Below the pieces are notes generated by a model, which saw nothing but the letters and a program-made list of their open reading frames with translations, was not told the origin of the DNA and did no database searches. Source: Lepidodermella squamata (Eukaryota; Animalia; Gastrotricha). From it: DNA of 64,000 bases. The stretch covers positions 868,001 to 932,000 of the forward strand of contig JBLDXI010000001.1 in NCBI GenBank assembly GCA_047495785.1. The letters run 5' to 3'. How positions within the stretch are numbered: the first letter of the stretch is position 1; every line of letters starts with the position of its first letter. This document shows positions 11,646-24,917 of the stretch, piece by piece. The position numbers and the translations under genes are program-made.

Positions 11646-13782
11646 TTGTTAAGAAAAATGTAAATTTTTGTTTCCTTTGTTTTGCGTGAATCTTTTATAC
11701 GAGTATTCCGGAGGCGCAATGAATGTTTTGCACGATTTTTAAATCCTTTCCGCTGTACAGCGCCTAGTGACGAATTTCTTGCACCGCTAGCAACAGTGGC
11801 AGCTGGAAACCAATGACGTCACCGGGTATATTAATATATTGAGCAACGATAAGGAATTCCGCAGAAAAGAGGCGTTTGTTGTTTTCACAAAGAGGAAACA
11901 GGTAAACAATTGATGCATGCACTAAATAAAAAAAATCGAGCGGTTATATGCTAACGGGGATTGAATTTTCGGCGTGGTAGTGATTCATATTCAGCGCTTA
12001 TTCATATTCAGCGACTGTTAGCGTTCTTAAGAGGCTAGGCCCGATACTTCATCTCCAGCACTAGAATTGAGCTTTCTAATTGAGCTTTCTAACGGAAAAT
12101 TTTTCGTGCAGTTTTCTAGACAACCTGGGACGTAAATATCATGAGCCGCTAATGCTTAATCTTCTCAAGAAAACATTAAAACATTTGCTTCACTGGGCTG
12201 GATGGCGGCGCCCACGCAAAAAGCGCGAACATGCTTTCCAAGCCGCGAAGTCAAGAAATGTCCATAAGATGAACTCTTGGGAGTACGGAAGTGATCCCAG
12301 GTCAAACCACAACATCTAGGTGAACTACGTTGACCTGGTATCAAGTATAAACTAGGGGCTTCAATATGCTTCAGTATTCAGCGATCGAAAAAACGATAAT
12401 TTACGATCTTTGAAACAAAGGATAAGGCAAGTTTGATTAACAGCGTTTTCTCAACGTTCAATATAGTTGAATCTGTTTCAATACAAGCGTTATAAAAAGG
12501 TAGATATACCTGCAGTCGACACTGAAGGATGTGTAAGATTACTCATTTAATATTTTTACCAATAAATTTTCATTTCAACGTCATTTCAACGCCGTAATTT
12601 CAATGAGTGCGTGATGAAAAGCTACGTGCAGAGAGGGAGCCTAATACGTGCGGATTAAAAAACGCGTCATGCTGCAGCTTTTTGGAGATGAAAGCCGTCA
12701 CAGACTTGAAAAACTATTATATTTTGAAACTGAAAAATAAATCATCGATCTGATCGACCTGATTAATGTTAACAATTTCTAATTTGTTTAGAGTTTCGCT
12801 AAATGCACTTGATTATATAATGAATGCTCGTTCGCCAAAGTTAAAAAACGCTTCTCAAAGGGAAATATACTCATAATGTTCTAACTCTACGAAAACCACC
12901 GTACAAGAATCGGGTCTACCTTTGCGGGGAATGCAACACATGGAGCGATCTGCCTCGTCTGATTGGGATGAGATTTCGTAGCGCAATGAAAAATTCTCGA
13001 AAAAGTATAAGAATACAGCTATGAATTGAGAATGCTGCGCAATGCGAGCATGTATTTAACTTTAATAGCGACAAATTAGGATATTTTTAGATCAGATTAC
13101 ACTCATTGCTGATGTCAACCGCACATTAGAATACAATGCGGATTAAAACACAGGTTTTTTGGCGACATTTGCAATGACAAATTGCGCATTGCTCAGGCAT
13201 TAAGTATTGAACAACCTCACAAATAAACTATTTAAAATAGACAAATTTGCCGATAAACCTTGCGATGGAAACTTCCCGTTTCCTTGTTTTCTGATCAAAA
13301 AGATAAGTTTATCTTTCGGATACAATTTCACCCATCTGATCTGTTATATCCATAATCCTTTCCATAATCTGTGATGCATTTTTTATTTGATTCCTTCATT
13401 TTCGCTAAAACCGAAACTCAGAATATTGAACGCGAGAAAAAGGACTTCTCTATGATTCTGCAACAACCCAGAAAAAGACATCCAAGACCGGACAACTGAG
13501 ACAAAATAATGTATAAAAAGAAGTAATGGTTGCAAAGCGCTCTACGCTTATACCCCGCATATTTGCTCAGGCTGTACGTTTTTTTACCCGAATGATAAGG
13601 TGTCCGTTATTCATAGGTGTGCCAGGTAAAGGTCGTGACAAAGAGTAAAAGAGAGAGAGTGAGTAAGAGAGGCAAAATATTTACTCAAGATCGTTTCGTG
13701 CTCTTATAAAATCAGCGCTTTCGTATAAAACGCAGGTATATTATCAAAAATCATTTGTTGAGTGGCTGCTGTTTTAGCGAAA

Positions 13783-15645
13783 ATGGCTCTGTCAGTTCTT
13801 TTCGTTTTACTTTTTGTTGGCGCAGCTGTATCGCAGCGAATTCAAACCAAGCAATCAGTATGATTTCAGAAAAATATCTCCGGTTTGAACATTTCCCTGT
13901 TTGTCAAGGGCTCAGTTGAGTGTACTCAGTCTCCCACGTACGACGTGATTATAATTGGAGCCGGGGCTTCAGGCCTATCAGCAGCTGTTGAACTGTATAC
14001 GAATCGAGGTATTGAAAACTTGATTATCCTCGAGGCGAGGGATAGAATCGGAGGTCGCATCAAAACTGTGCGACGCGGCAATGTCTACGAAGAATACGGA
14101 GCTCAGTGGGTTAGTCGAGTTGGAAAATGAAGACGAGAAAAGTCACATTTTCATCCTCAGGTACATGGCGGTGTTGGCCACGAGCTCGTTGATTACCTCA
14201 GAACGAACGGCTTGTTAGTCCCAGACAGCCAGAAGCCAAATGGCAATAAAGCTTTCTACCGAATGGTCCAGTTTTTATTTTAATTTGAGACTGGAGGCAT
14301 ACTAAATCACGAAACCATTAACTATAGAACGGCACGGCGATTCCAGCCGAAGTGGCTAAAAGCGCTGAACAAGGTTGGAAGTATGCCGATGGTCAGATCG
14401 ACGAGACTTTGACAGCTGCTTCTTGGGGCGGCGAGCTGAAGCGCCATTACGGTAAGCTGTTGTATTACAGGCCACAAATACATATTGATAAGTCTGAAAT
14501 ACAGAAACTTGGTTAAGAAGGAATCCGCTGAATGCGGAAGACAAACGAGCGATTTTCAACTGGTACTACAACTTTGAAAACACAGAAGTCGGAGAAGACC
14601 TAACGAAAGTTGGCATGGAAGAAATTTCAGAGTACGAAGATCTGCGTGGAGACCAAGAAAACCTTGTAAAAAACGGTTGGCTGACAGCTCTGGAAAAACT
14701 CACGGCTGACATTCCGTTGGATTCGCTGCTGCAATTCAACTCACCTGTTAAGAAAATCAAATATTCCTTGGCTTGCGGCGCTAGAGACCCGAGGAAAGTC
14801 GCTGTGTTTCTCACTGACGGTCGCATAATCGTTGGCCGATCAGTAATCGTCACATTGCCATTGGGTGTCCTCAAAACAGGCCTAGTTCAGTTCGAACCGA
14901 CCCTTCCTCAAGCCAAAATCACGTAAGGCTAGATTTGATCATAGTGATCGCCTTTCGAAGTCGTCAATCATTTAGGGCAATCAATCGAATCGGCTTTGGT
15001 TGCATGGTGAAGCTGTTTTTATTCTTCAAGGACGCTTGGTGGGGCAACAGGCTAACTTATGTCAGCCCTGTATTCATGGATTCTATAAACGAGGGCGTAA
15101 ATAGCCAACTCGTCAACGGAACTCAGTGGCATCGCAGCATGGTTGGATTCAACACGATGGTTGGCAACGACAAGGTTCTTCAGGCCTGGCTGACTGGTGA
15201 TTACGCTCGGCTGGTTGAGAAGCTCCCTCCCAGTGAAGTCTCCAGAGTTGTCAACGAAGTGATGAAGAAAGCATTCAGTAAGGCCTTTACGATTCAGGAG
15301 CCGATCTCTATTCAAAGGTATAGGTGTTATTTAGTACATTACTAACTGTTCCTCTTTTTTTCTGATTTTAGGACAGACTGGTGTAACGATCCCTACTCGA
15401 TGGGCGTTTACACTTATGTAGGAGTTCGATCCCCAGCCAAAGACTTCGAAACACTGGCGAATCCTTTACCTGTATCGGGCAAAAAGGTAAAGTTCCGCAA
15501 GCTTTTTCAATCACGCTTATTTTCGCCCATTTTTCAGGTCCTGTTCTTTGCTGGCGAAGCTACTAGTTACGATCAATGGGCTAGTGTTCATGGCGCTTGG
15601 TCGACTGGCACGAGAGCTGCAAAGGAAGTCGCCAGATCTATTTGA
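13783..15645 (+). CDS. Secreted flavin amine oxidase, polyamine/spermine oxidase-like (copy A)
   Basis: Signal peptide MALSVLFVLLFVGAAVSQ. Motifs YDVIIIGAGASG, EARDRIGGR, GAQW|VHG, VTLPLGVLK, FAGEAT...VHGA. Confidence 0.9.
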
Positions 15646-16434
15646 TTTTACCGCAAATGGAAGTGCGGAGAACAGACCTGTCTTAAAGGAATCATTAATC
15701 TATTAGCTCAGACTTGAACTCTGTCTGGGATAATCTATTGAATTATCTAATGAATAGCTTGCTAGTCATTTATAACAACGCTGCAGCCTTATTTTGGTCT
15801 TGCCTTTGCCACACGAAGGAGGAACTCGCCATCCGCACCTGTTTCAAGTTTTCATTCCATCGTACGGGATAAGGCGACGCTTCAATAGGACATAGGTCCT
15901 TGCCTTCAAGCTAAAATCAGTGAAAAGTGCTCGTTCCATTATTCGTCTCGCCCACGTAATATCACAACATCCACACTTATGTTGGTAGTACATACGAGAA
16001 CATCCATATTTACTTAACGCGCCTAGCAACTGCATGAGTCTGAGACCACGACACAGTCTTATTGAATTATTGCTTAATTGTGCGGTGCTCAGAGACATTT
16101 TTGAGTTTTAAAAATGATACCTTTGTTAGAGCCCCTCCCCTGACTGGCATTTCATAAAAAACGCGATTGCTATATATAATTTTAACCTGGAAACAAGACG
16201 CTGCTCCCCATACCCACACTTCCTATTGTAAAGATGAATTGACGAATATTACTGCACTATATGCAACCCCGTTGCTATTGAGCACGAAATCAAAGGAAAT
16301 AATCGTCTTTCATTCAGAACACACACAGAATGAGAATTCCGGGACGGCGTTTTCAATACACAATGTAATGCGCACTTGGAATATTTACCCTGTAAAATTG
16401 GCCGATGTAGATATATATTGTCCAGCGCCCAGCC

Positions 16435-18290
16435 ATGTCTCTAACGTATTCATGGATATTGTTCTTAGCTGTTGGACTCTCGCTGGATGCTCCAATCAGC
16501 AGCCAGAACGTAATGAATTCAATCGCTTTCTAAGTTACTTAATAATGGCCATTTAGGTCGAATGTAGCATCCAGCCGGCTTATGATGTCATCATAATCGG
16601 CGCCGGCGTCTCGGGCCTTTCCGCAGCAGTTGAGCTATATACCAAGCGGAACGTGGGAAATTTTATAATCCTCGAAGCAAGGGAAAGAATCGGCGGCCGC
16701 ATAAACACGGTTCGCCATGCTGATGGTTTGTACGAAGACTTCGGAGCTCAATGGGTAAGATCATTCAGGGCGAAAAACCCGAACTACACACTGTACATTT
16801 TAGGTTCACGGAGCCGGAGATCATGAGCTGGTTGATTACCTGAAGAACAACAATCTCCTTGTACCCGAGAGTCAAAAACCGAGAGGGAATGACGCCTTCT
16901 ATAGAATGGTACGCTATTGTTAAAAGTTTATTACAATTATCTCAAGTGTTTCTTAAGGACGGTAGTTCAGTTCCGTCGGAGGTGGCAGAAAACGCCAGGC
17001 AAGGATGGGAATATGCAAAGGAGCGAGTTGATTATTCTAAAACAAGCTCTTCGATAGGTGACGAGTTGAGACAAATTTTCAGCCAATGGCTGCGAAGCAA
17101 TGCGGGGAACGAGGAGGATAAGACAGCGGTCTTCAACTGGTATTACAATTTCGAAAACACCGAAACTGCTGAGGAACTCACTCGAGTGGGAATGGAACAA
17201 GATTCAAAATATAAAGAACTCCCAGGAGACAAAGAAAACCTAGTGAAAAATGGGTGGTTAACTGCGCTAGAAAGTTTTACAGCATACACTCCGTTAAATT
17301 CTCTGTTGCGCCTCAACTCGACGGTGAAAACCATAAGATACGCGCTCAACTGCGGCGATCAGAGAAGAGTCGCAGTGTATTTGGCTGATGGCCGCATCTT
17401 CGTTAGCAATTCGGTAATCATTACGTTACCACTCGGAGTTCTGAAAGCAGGTTTAATTGGATTCGAACCAAGTCTTCCCCAAGAAAAACTGAAGTAAGCC
17501 TTTCCTTTACCTTCATGCCTGAGAAGTAAGTTCTCTTCTGTTAATCAGCGCTATTGGTCGGGTTAATTTCGGTTGCATGGTCAAGCTTTTCCTTTTCTTC
17601 GACGAAGCATGGTGGGGTACAAGATTGTCCACCGTCAACGCTGTATATCTGAACTCCATTATCGACGACATAACTGGTCAATATGTCAATCCAAGCATGT
17701 CACGATGGTATCGAAACATGGTTGGCTTTAACACGATGGTGGGTAATAGCAGAGTCCTGCAAGCCTGGCTGACCGGTGACATAGCTCGAGTCATTGAAAG
17801 GCTACCTATGGAAGAAGTGTATCGAGTCGTCAGTTTAGTTTTGCGAAAGGCCTTAGGAGAAGATTTCAACGTGAGAGACCCAGTCAACATACAGAGGTTG
17901 CATTCGTATAATTGATCCAAATAGTTACAACTGTTGTGTTTATTTCAGGACCGAGTGGTGTAATGATCCATATACAATGGGTGCCTATTCCTATGTTGGA
18001 GTGGGTTCTCCTGCAAAGGATTTCGAAATTCTGGCGAGGCCAGTACCTTCGGATAAACCCGTGAGACACTTTTTTCTTAGAGTTCATTAGCCTATTTATT
18101 ACTGCTTTAATAGGTTCTGTTCTTTGCCGGCGAAGCCACTAGTCTTAATCAGTGGGCGACTGTCCATGGCGCATATTCGACCGGAATTCGGGCTGCACGT
18201 GAAGCTACGAATTCTGCTCATCAGTTATCTTGCACATGGATGATTGTTTCTGTGTACCCAATTATCCGGATATTTTTGCAGCTTTATTAA
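16435..18290 (+). CDS. Secreted flavin amine oxidase (copy B) with a hydrophobic C-terminal tail
   Basis: Signal peptide MSLTYSWILFLAVGLSLDA. Same FAD motifs and exon pattern as copy A. Ends REATNSAHQLSCTWMIVSVYPIIRIFLQLY*. Confidence 0.88.
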
Positions 18291-18349
18291 TATTAGTTGA
18301 GAAGAGATGAGAAAACCTTTAGAATTGTTGTTCCAAATATGTGACTAGA

Positions 18350-20340
18350 CACGATTGATACACTCACTAGTTTATTGACATGTTCAAGAATTTTTTACAA
18401 GGAATTTACAAGACTTTACAGTAAAGCAAACAATCGATAACAATCCTTGATTCCTCATTCAAGGGCAACAGCCCATTCCAAATTGAACTTGCCATTTGGG
18501 TTCACAACAATAAATCGAATTTGTTAGCGGATCTTGAAGTTCAGCCGATTGCTGGCGGCAAATAGGTCAGTCAGTATCCAGGTATACATTTACTCGCAGA
18601 AAAGTTAAGGGCATTTCAGATGTACAGTTTTGGGCAGAAAATATGAGACAAGATGACACCGTTTGGAGCTCACTCAGTTTGGCTTCGAATGTCCCAAATT
18701 ACCCTTTGAAAATATGATTGAAGCTAGCGAATGCAGTAGTCACAAGTCTCTCATGTTCGAAATGTTTAAAAAACATCAAATGACCTCAGCGGTGCGAGAA
18801 GAAACATCAAACATTATTGTTTCGCCCAAGTAAAAAAAGCTTTACCGATCGATGATATGATGAATAAAAAACTTTTCACAAATTTATTGGACAGGCTGTA
18901 CCTTCAGCAATGACAAAGAACGTACATACTGGAGTATGATGCGATACGGCTTTGCTTTGGATTTTTCTTTGAGCTTGATGGGGTCGAGGCCTTTAATGTG
19001 CGCAAAAACTGAAATTTTCTATAGTAAACTGATGGTTTGAGGCCACTGGAAGGCCTACTTAATTACTTGAAACAAAAAGCGATATAGTCATTTCCACAAA
19101 AATATAGAGGCATTTTCCAAGGGCTAACCAATGGTATCAAAAAAGTGAAAATCAAGGCTCCAAATCAAATGCGCTTCAAAGGCATATAAAAATGTATAAT
19201 CGTTGCCTATCTTTTCTGTCCCATACTGCAATAAAACAAAAAAATTGAATAAGATCAATGTTCTCAATTAGATATTATTTGAGTTCATTTGAACTGTGAG
19301 GAAGTGGCAGAAGTAAGCGTTTGCCAATGTTGACATGCATTTGCGCCAATCATCCTGCCGAAGTCTTTCTCTGGCCTCCCTGTTGGCTTGAACTATAGCT
19401 TTGATGTTGGCTGTTAGTTCATCCAATCGATTGTTCGAGAGATGTCTCTTGTAAGCGGGCACTGCGGGCAATGGCAACGGTAACGGCTTCGGCAACGGAA
19501 GCGGCGACGACATCGGCAACAGCAAAGGCACATTTCTTCGACCCTGAGTCACTTGGGTTAGCAGCATACAAGCGATAAGTAATCTAGTTTTCTTATCCAT
19601 TATGAAACTTTGGTAGTTCAAGGCAAACAAAACCAAGGCTTGTTCGAAGAAAGTGAGATCCAAATTGTTTGAGGCTATCTTTATATAAGGCTATCTTTGC
19701 GTGGATACTAGCCTCCCCCAGGTAATAGTATCCCCCTCACCTGGATGACTTCTGGAGGTCACTCAGTTAGCCCACTACTTTTACGTTGATCGTGAGAGGG
19801 CCTCCGCGAATCGCATTTAGTGACGCAGGAACGAACTAAAAAACGATGCTAAATTATTCAAGACATAAAGTACCTGGTGAGTCATTTCTTATTTTTAGCC
19901 GGCATCGCAGAGGAGGAAACATTGTAGTGAAAGCTAACGATTTTGCGACGATTTAACGCCGCTTCATTTAAAAAAAAATAGGTGGACGTGAAAGATCCAG
20001 GGTTGAATGCTGTCTCATTTCAAATATTTTCACACAAAAATCACTCATTCATGAATCCCTCGATTTCTTTATTATTTATCCGCAACTTAAGTTTTAATGT
20101 GGAGGTCTAGTTGGAGCGAGATGATCGTTTTCACACGTATTTATAAGTTTACGGAATTTCCCAATGGCTTTCCGATAGTATTAGACTTCTGAAAATTATG
20201 GGAGCCGTGAATGCTTTCCTGCCTGAAACAAGTACCTGAAAGCAATGTCAGTTGCGCGCCAGCTCAAGCGATGTATAAACTAGCATGGGCGTAATACTTT
20301 TTCAGGTTGATTTGTTCGAGAGAGAAGCTTAATTGATAAA
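18350..20340. repeat. Segmental duplication, copy 1 (partner at about 22010-24380), containing the peptide gene and its upstream region
   Basis: Colinear blocks are shared with 22010-24380, e.g. acgattgat..tttattgaca and tacagttttgggcagaaa. 19690-20080 is nearly identical to 23540-23920. Confidence 0.85.
19268..19600 (-). CDS. Small secreted protein / peptide precursor of unknown family (copy 1, 110 aa)
   Basis: Signal peptide MDKKTRLLIACMLLTQVTQG, a Pro/Leu linker, and the core HLSNNRLDELTANIKA...DDWRKCMSTLANAYFC, conserved in two other copies. Intronless, with a TATA box about 80 bp upstream. Confidence 0.85.
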   Translation of the reverse strand: MDKKTRLLIACMLLTQVTQGRRNVPLLLPMSSPLPLPKPLPLPLPAVPAYKRHLSNNRLDELTANIKAIVQANREARERLRQDDWRKCMSTLANAYFCHFLTVQMNSNNI

Positions 20341-22009
20341 GCATACCAGCTTTGATCCGATTCGATACTCAGAAACGGTTTTGTAATCAATTCTGTCCCA
20401 GGCTGAGAGTTATAGAAATCATTACGGCGTTTACCAATAGGGCAACTTCCAGAGTGGTCAGTCGCTTTCAGAATGCTCATCCAATCCGTCTGTGTCGGGG
20501 TGGCTCTGGCGCTGGACTGCAACTGATTCTCGCCGACTGCACCGCGTCACCAAAAAGCAGGTAACACCTGTTTGTTTTTACCAATCGCTTATCGTCAGTA
20601 ACCGGGCATAGACAAGCTGCTTTCTGTGCCCGGTCAAGGGTCCAGAGTCCAAGCTTTGAATACACATTCAAGTGCGACGTGTGTGTGCTGCATGGAATTC
20701 TATACCATCTGAGGTCGTGAATAGCTCTCATTTTAATTTCGTTTAATATACTAGAAGCATTGCGTGTAAACTAGAACAATACGCTATATCAGTGGTGAGG
20801 CGCCTTGACGCTTTTTAATTCATAAACGTCGCGAGACAAAATGCGAGACAAAGGTACTATTAAACAATTCTTAATCTGGTATCGAGTCATCAATCTACCG
20901 TTCCCGAATGTAGGAAAACAGGTCGAGAGCTTTTTATATTTCACACATTGAAATTCCTTGGACTCATCTGGCCCCGCGATTATATTTTGGATTAAGCTTC
21001 AGCGTTTAAATTTTCCACAGATTCCTCATCTCCTTGTATGATGGGAACCTCAGCTTTCGGCATACTTTCAGCGAATATCTGCATCAGCGAGTTGCGGGTT
21101 TAAATGACTGATAGCCAAGTCAACGCCTTCGCCATAATCATCGGTATGGAAGACTTTGCACATCAGCTGGAAAATCAGCCATTTACTAAGCTAACCTATC
21201 ACTAATACTACTAGCACTACGCTAAACTAGTACTACTACGACAAAGTCTGTGTTGGCAAGAATTGGAAGTGAAGCGAAACGTCCATCTGGCTACCTTGAT
21301 CTGGCGGGGTTTAAATGGCGAAGCACCGGTTGCGATCGCTGCTTATTTTACCCTGCGAAACGTGGCGGGCTCCACTCGGAGCCAACCTGTTTAGAAAACA
21401 GTGACATACATTCTTAAAATACCAAAAACCAAGTCCAAGACCATGGACACTGTTGCCTGGAACACCACGGGGCAGCGTTTTCGAACAGTTTGCCCGACGA
21501 AGCGCGCGTAGGTAAGTGTAGGAACTTCGTTTAAACCTACTAAATCTGGCTCCCAACGCCGACCTCAACACTCAACAACAAGCCAGCATCTGACATCGGA
21601 TATAAATTTCCATATTTTTCTAGCGTTGCTCAATTTTTTACTGATTAGTTCAACTTTACTCTAATGATGTTTAAAAACTACTCATACTTGTGTACAGTTT
21701 GATCAAATCTCAACGAAGCCATGGCTGTATTTTTTTATAGCTGAGCTTTCCAACTTTTTCTAAAAAGAGCTAAGCTAACAGTCGTGATCAGTAGTCTACT
21801 GTCAATAGCCACATTCTAAAGATGTAAAAGATCTAGCATGTAGTAAAGATCTATGTAGAATAATTCTACAGCAGGATCTCTCATCTCTCCTAACTAAACA
21901 GAAAGCTGCAAAAATATACAGAACATTGGGTATACAAAGGCAATCATCAATGCGCAAGAAAAACGATGAGCAGCATTCGTCGCTTCACGTGCCCAAAGAA
22001 AACACGTCG

Positions 22010-24380
22010 CACGATTGATGCAATCACAAGTTTATTGACATTTACAACCGGAATTTACAATACTTATATTGAAGCTAACGATCAATAATAATCCTCAATC
22101 TCTCTATTTGGGTGGCCACTAATTCCAAATTAACGCAATCTTAAATCGGCTATTTCCGCTGAAAAGAAATTCGCCTGATAACTGGCAGCGGACCCTGAAG
22201 TCAAGCTGATTTCCATAGCATAAAGGTCAGTCTCCGGGCATATTTACTAAGCGAAAAGAAATAGGGACTTGATATTTCAGATATACAGTTTTGGGCAGAA
22301 ATTACAAGCCAGTCAGATACCGTTTGCAGCTAACTCCATTTGGCTTCGAATTTCACAAACTACCATTGGTTGCCATTAGAACATACGAGGGACGCTTGCA
22401 CTTGTTGGCGAATGTATGGCACCATTCAGGGAATTTAATCGCATAGCAAGTAGAGATTTCGGAATTTTCCTGCCATCCTGCATTGATAGAAAGCTATTTT
22501 GATCCACGTGGAAAACCGTGAAAGATGTAATTTCCCTAGTTCTCAACCTAATAAACTACCTTGGTTAGAATTGGACCAGTCACCGGCAAAAGGAAAATTG
22601 TTTAAAAAAATCGAATTACCTCAGAGGTGCGAGAGGGGACATTGAAATCTAGCATAATCGTTTCGCCCAAAGTTTAAAAAAACTTCCACCAACAGGTGAT
22701 ATGGTGAATAAAAAAACTTCTTCAACAATTTATTGAAAAAATGCTGTTCATTCAGCTGTCAGAACAATGATAAAGAACGTACATTTTCTGACATTTTCGA
22801 GGTAAACAGGCTTAGTTGGAGATGCTTTACATGCTGGCTGCATACATTCAGAGCTTGCGCGCTGATGTGAAATTCCAATCGCCTTAAGCTGGCTAAACCT
22901 ATCCGCTGTTTTCATTATGAATGAAGAATGATCCAACAACTCTCTCCGTCTGCTGCGGTACTGCTTTGCAAGTTCCTTCGAATTAAAAGTAACGATGGTC
23001 ATTTTTAGAAAACCATTTTTTCTAAGGGCTTTCCAATGGTATAAAACGTCTATAACGAAGCTCGAAATCGAATGCGCTACAAAGGCATATAAAATGGTAC
23101 CATCAATCACCTATGTCTTCTGTCCTATAAGATCAAAGTTCTCATTTAGATAATGTTATTCGGGTTCATTTGAACTACGAGTACGCGGCAGAAGTAAGCG
23201 TTTCCCAATGTTGACATGCATTTGCGCCAATCATCCTGTCGCAGTCGTTCTTTGGCCTCCCTGTTGGCTTGAACCATAGCTTTGATGTTGGCCGTGATTT
23301 CATCCAATCGGTTGTTCGAGAGGTGTTTCTGGTAAGCGGGCAATGCCGGCAATGGCATGGGTAACGGCAACGGCAACGGCGAACTTCCTGCAGCCTGAGT
23401 CACCTCGCATAGCAACAAGAAATGGATAAATATTCTGATCTTCTTATCCATTTTTCCACTGGGATAGATCGATGCAAACAAAACCAAGACTTGTTTGAAG
23501 AAAGTTTCATCTGAAGTTTTCGCCGCTATCTTTTATAGGGCTATCTTTGCGTGGATACTAGCCTCCCCCAGGTAATAGTATCCCCCACGCCTGGATGAGT
23601 TGTGGAGGTCACTCAGTTAGTCTACTGCTTTGACGTTGGTCGAGGATGGGCCTCCGCGAATCGCATTTAGTGACGCAGGAACGAACTAAAAAACGATGCT
23701 AAATTATTCAAGACAGAAAGTACCTGGTGAGTCATTTCTTATTTTTAGCCGGCATTGCAGAGGAGGAAACATCGTAGTGAAAGCTAACGATTTTGCGAAA
23801 ACGCCGCTTCATATAAAAAAATAGGTGGACGTGAAAGATCCAGGGTTGAATGCTGTCTCTTTTCAAATATTTGAAAATAATCACTCAATCCTGAATCCCT
23901 CGATTTCTGTATTATTAATCTGCAACTTGCTTCGACCAAAATAGCATCCATCTTCTATGCGCGAGAGTAGTTGAGTTTTTAACATTGAAACCTAGTTGGA
24001 GCGATGACCATTTTCACAGAAATTTACAATATTATGGAATTTCCCAATGCCTTTAAAATTGTAGTGAATTTCTGAATGTTATGTGAGCCACGAATGTTTT
24101 CCTGGCTCGTCTTTTCTGCCTCATACAGTATTTGAGGCCCTCTCAGATTCGCTGATTTACGGAAGAAGCTGAGGTCGAACGCACCTTGAGCATTTTTTGT
24201 TATGATGTCGGTGTTTATGCCACGCTCAATTCTCTATCGATTGAATATTGGCTTCTCTCGAAAAGTCAGCAGGAAATTGTTAAGTTAGACTTTGAAAGTG
24301 TATTGTCGTTTGCGCGCACGCTCGAGCGAATGTAGCATGGGCGTCAACGTTTTTCATGTTGATTTTTCGAGGGAGAAGCC
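22010..24380. repeat. Segmental duplication, copy 2
   Basis: Direct, diverged repeat of 18350-20340 with indels. Confidence 0.85.
23146..23451 (-). CDS. Small secreted protein / peptide precursor (copy 2, 101 aa)
   Basis: MDKKIRIFIHFLLLCEVTQA signal peptide, PL repeats and the same conserved core with C-x9-C. Confidence 0.85.
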   Translation of the reverse strand: MDKKIRIFIHFLLLCEVTQAAGSSPLPLPLPMPLPALPAYQKHLSNNRLDEITANIKAMVQANREAKERLRQDDWRKCMSTLGNAYFCRVLVVQMNPNNII

Positions 24381-24917
24381 TATATTCAATCAACAGAGAA
24401 TTGAGCGATCCCTATAGTGGCATAAAACCGAATTCATTATAGGACATTACCGATTACCGACATCATTAACCTTTGACCTAATGGCGCGCTTTATTTAGTG
24501 AGTTCAACAAAGTTCGAGCTCAGCTCCTTCCGTAAATCACCTAGTAGAGACAGATCTGGCCTATGCAGAAGTAATAACCACTAATAACTAATCGCAGAAG
24601 TAATAACCAAAAATCTTATCATGACAGCTGATTAAACTGAAGATTGCTTCCCGCGCCGGCAGATTGTTTATCTTTCGCTGCTGAAATCGAGCGAAACAAC
24701 TGTCGTACTACTTAGTTCTCATCTATGATTTGACTCTTGCAATAGAGAGAGAGAGCAATGTCGAGCATAAACATTGCAATGTTGACGGAGATCTGGCTGA
24801 TCGGCTTGTTTACCTTATTCGTGAATTTATCCTGACGATTCCGAGCAATTCCATCATTTACGGACCTTAAAGGCATATTATCTTCGTAAACCAACACTTT
24901 GAATCCAGAACACAGAC

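Noticed and set aside
11983-12092. Short two-copy tandem repeats (attcatattcagcg; aattgagctttct)
   Set aside because: Ordinary slippage duplications with no further structure.
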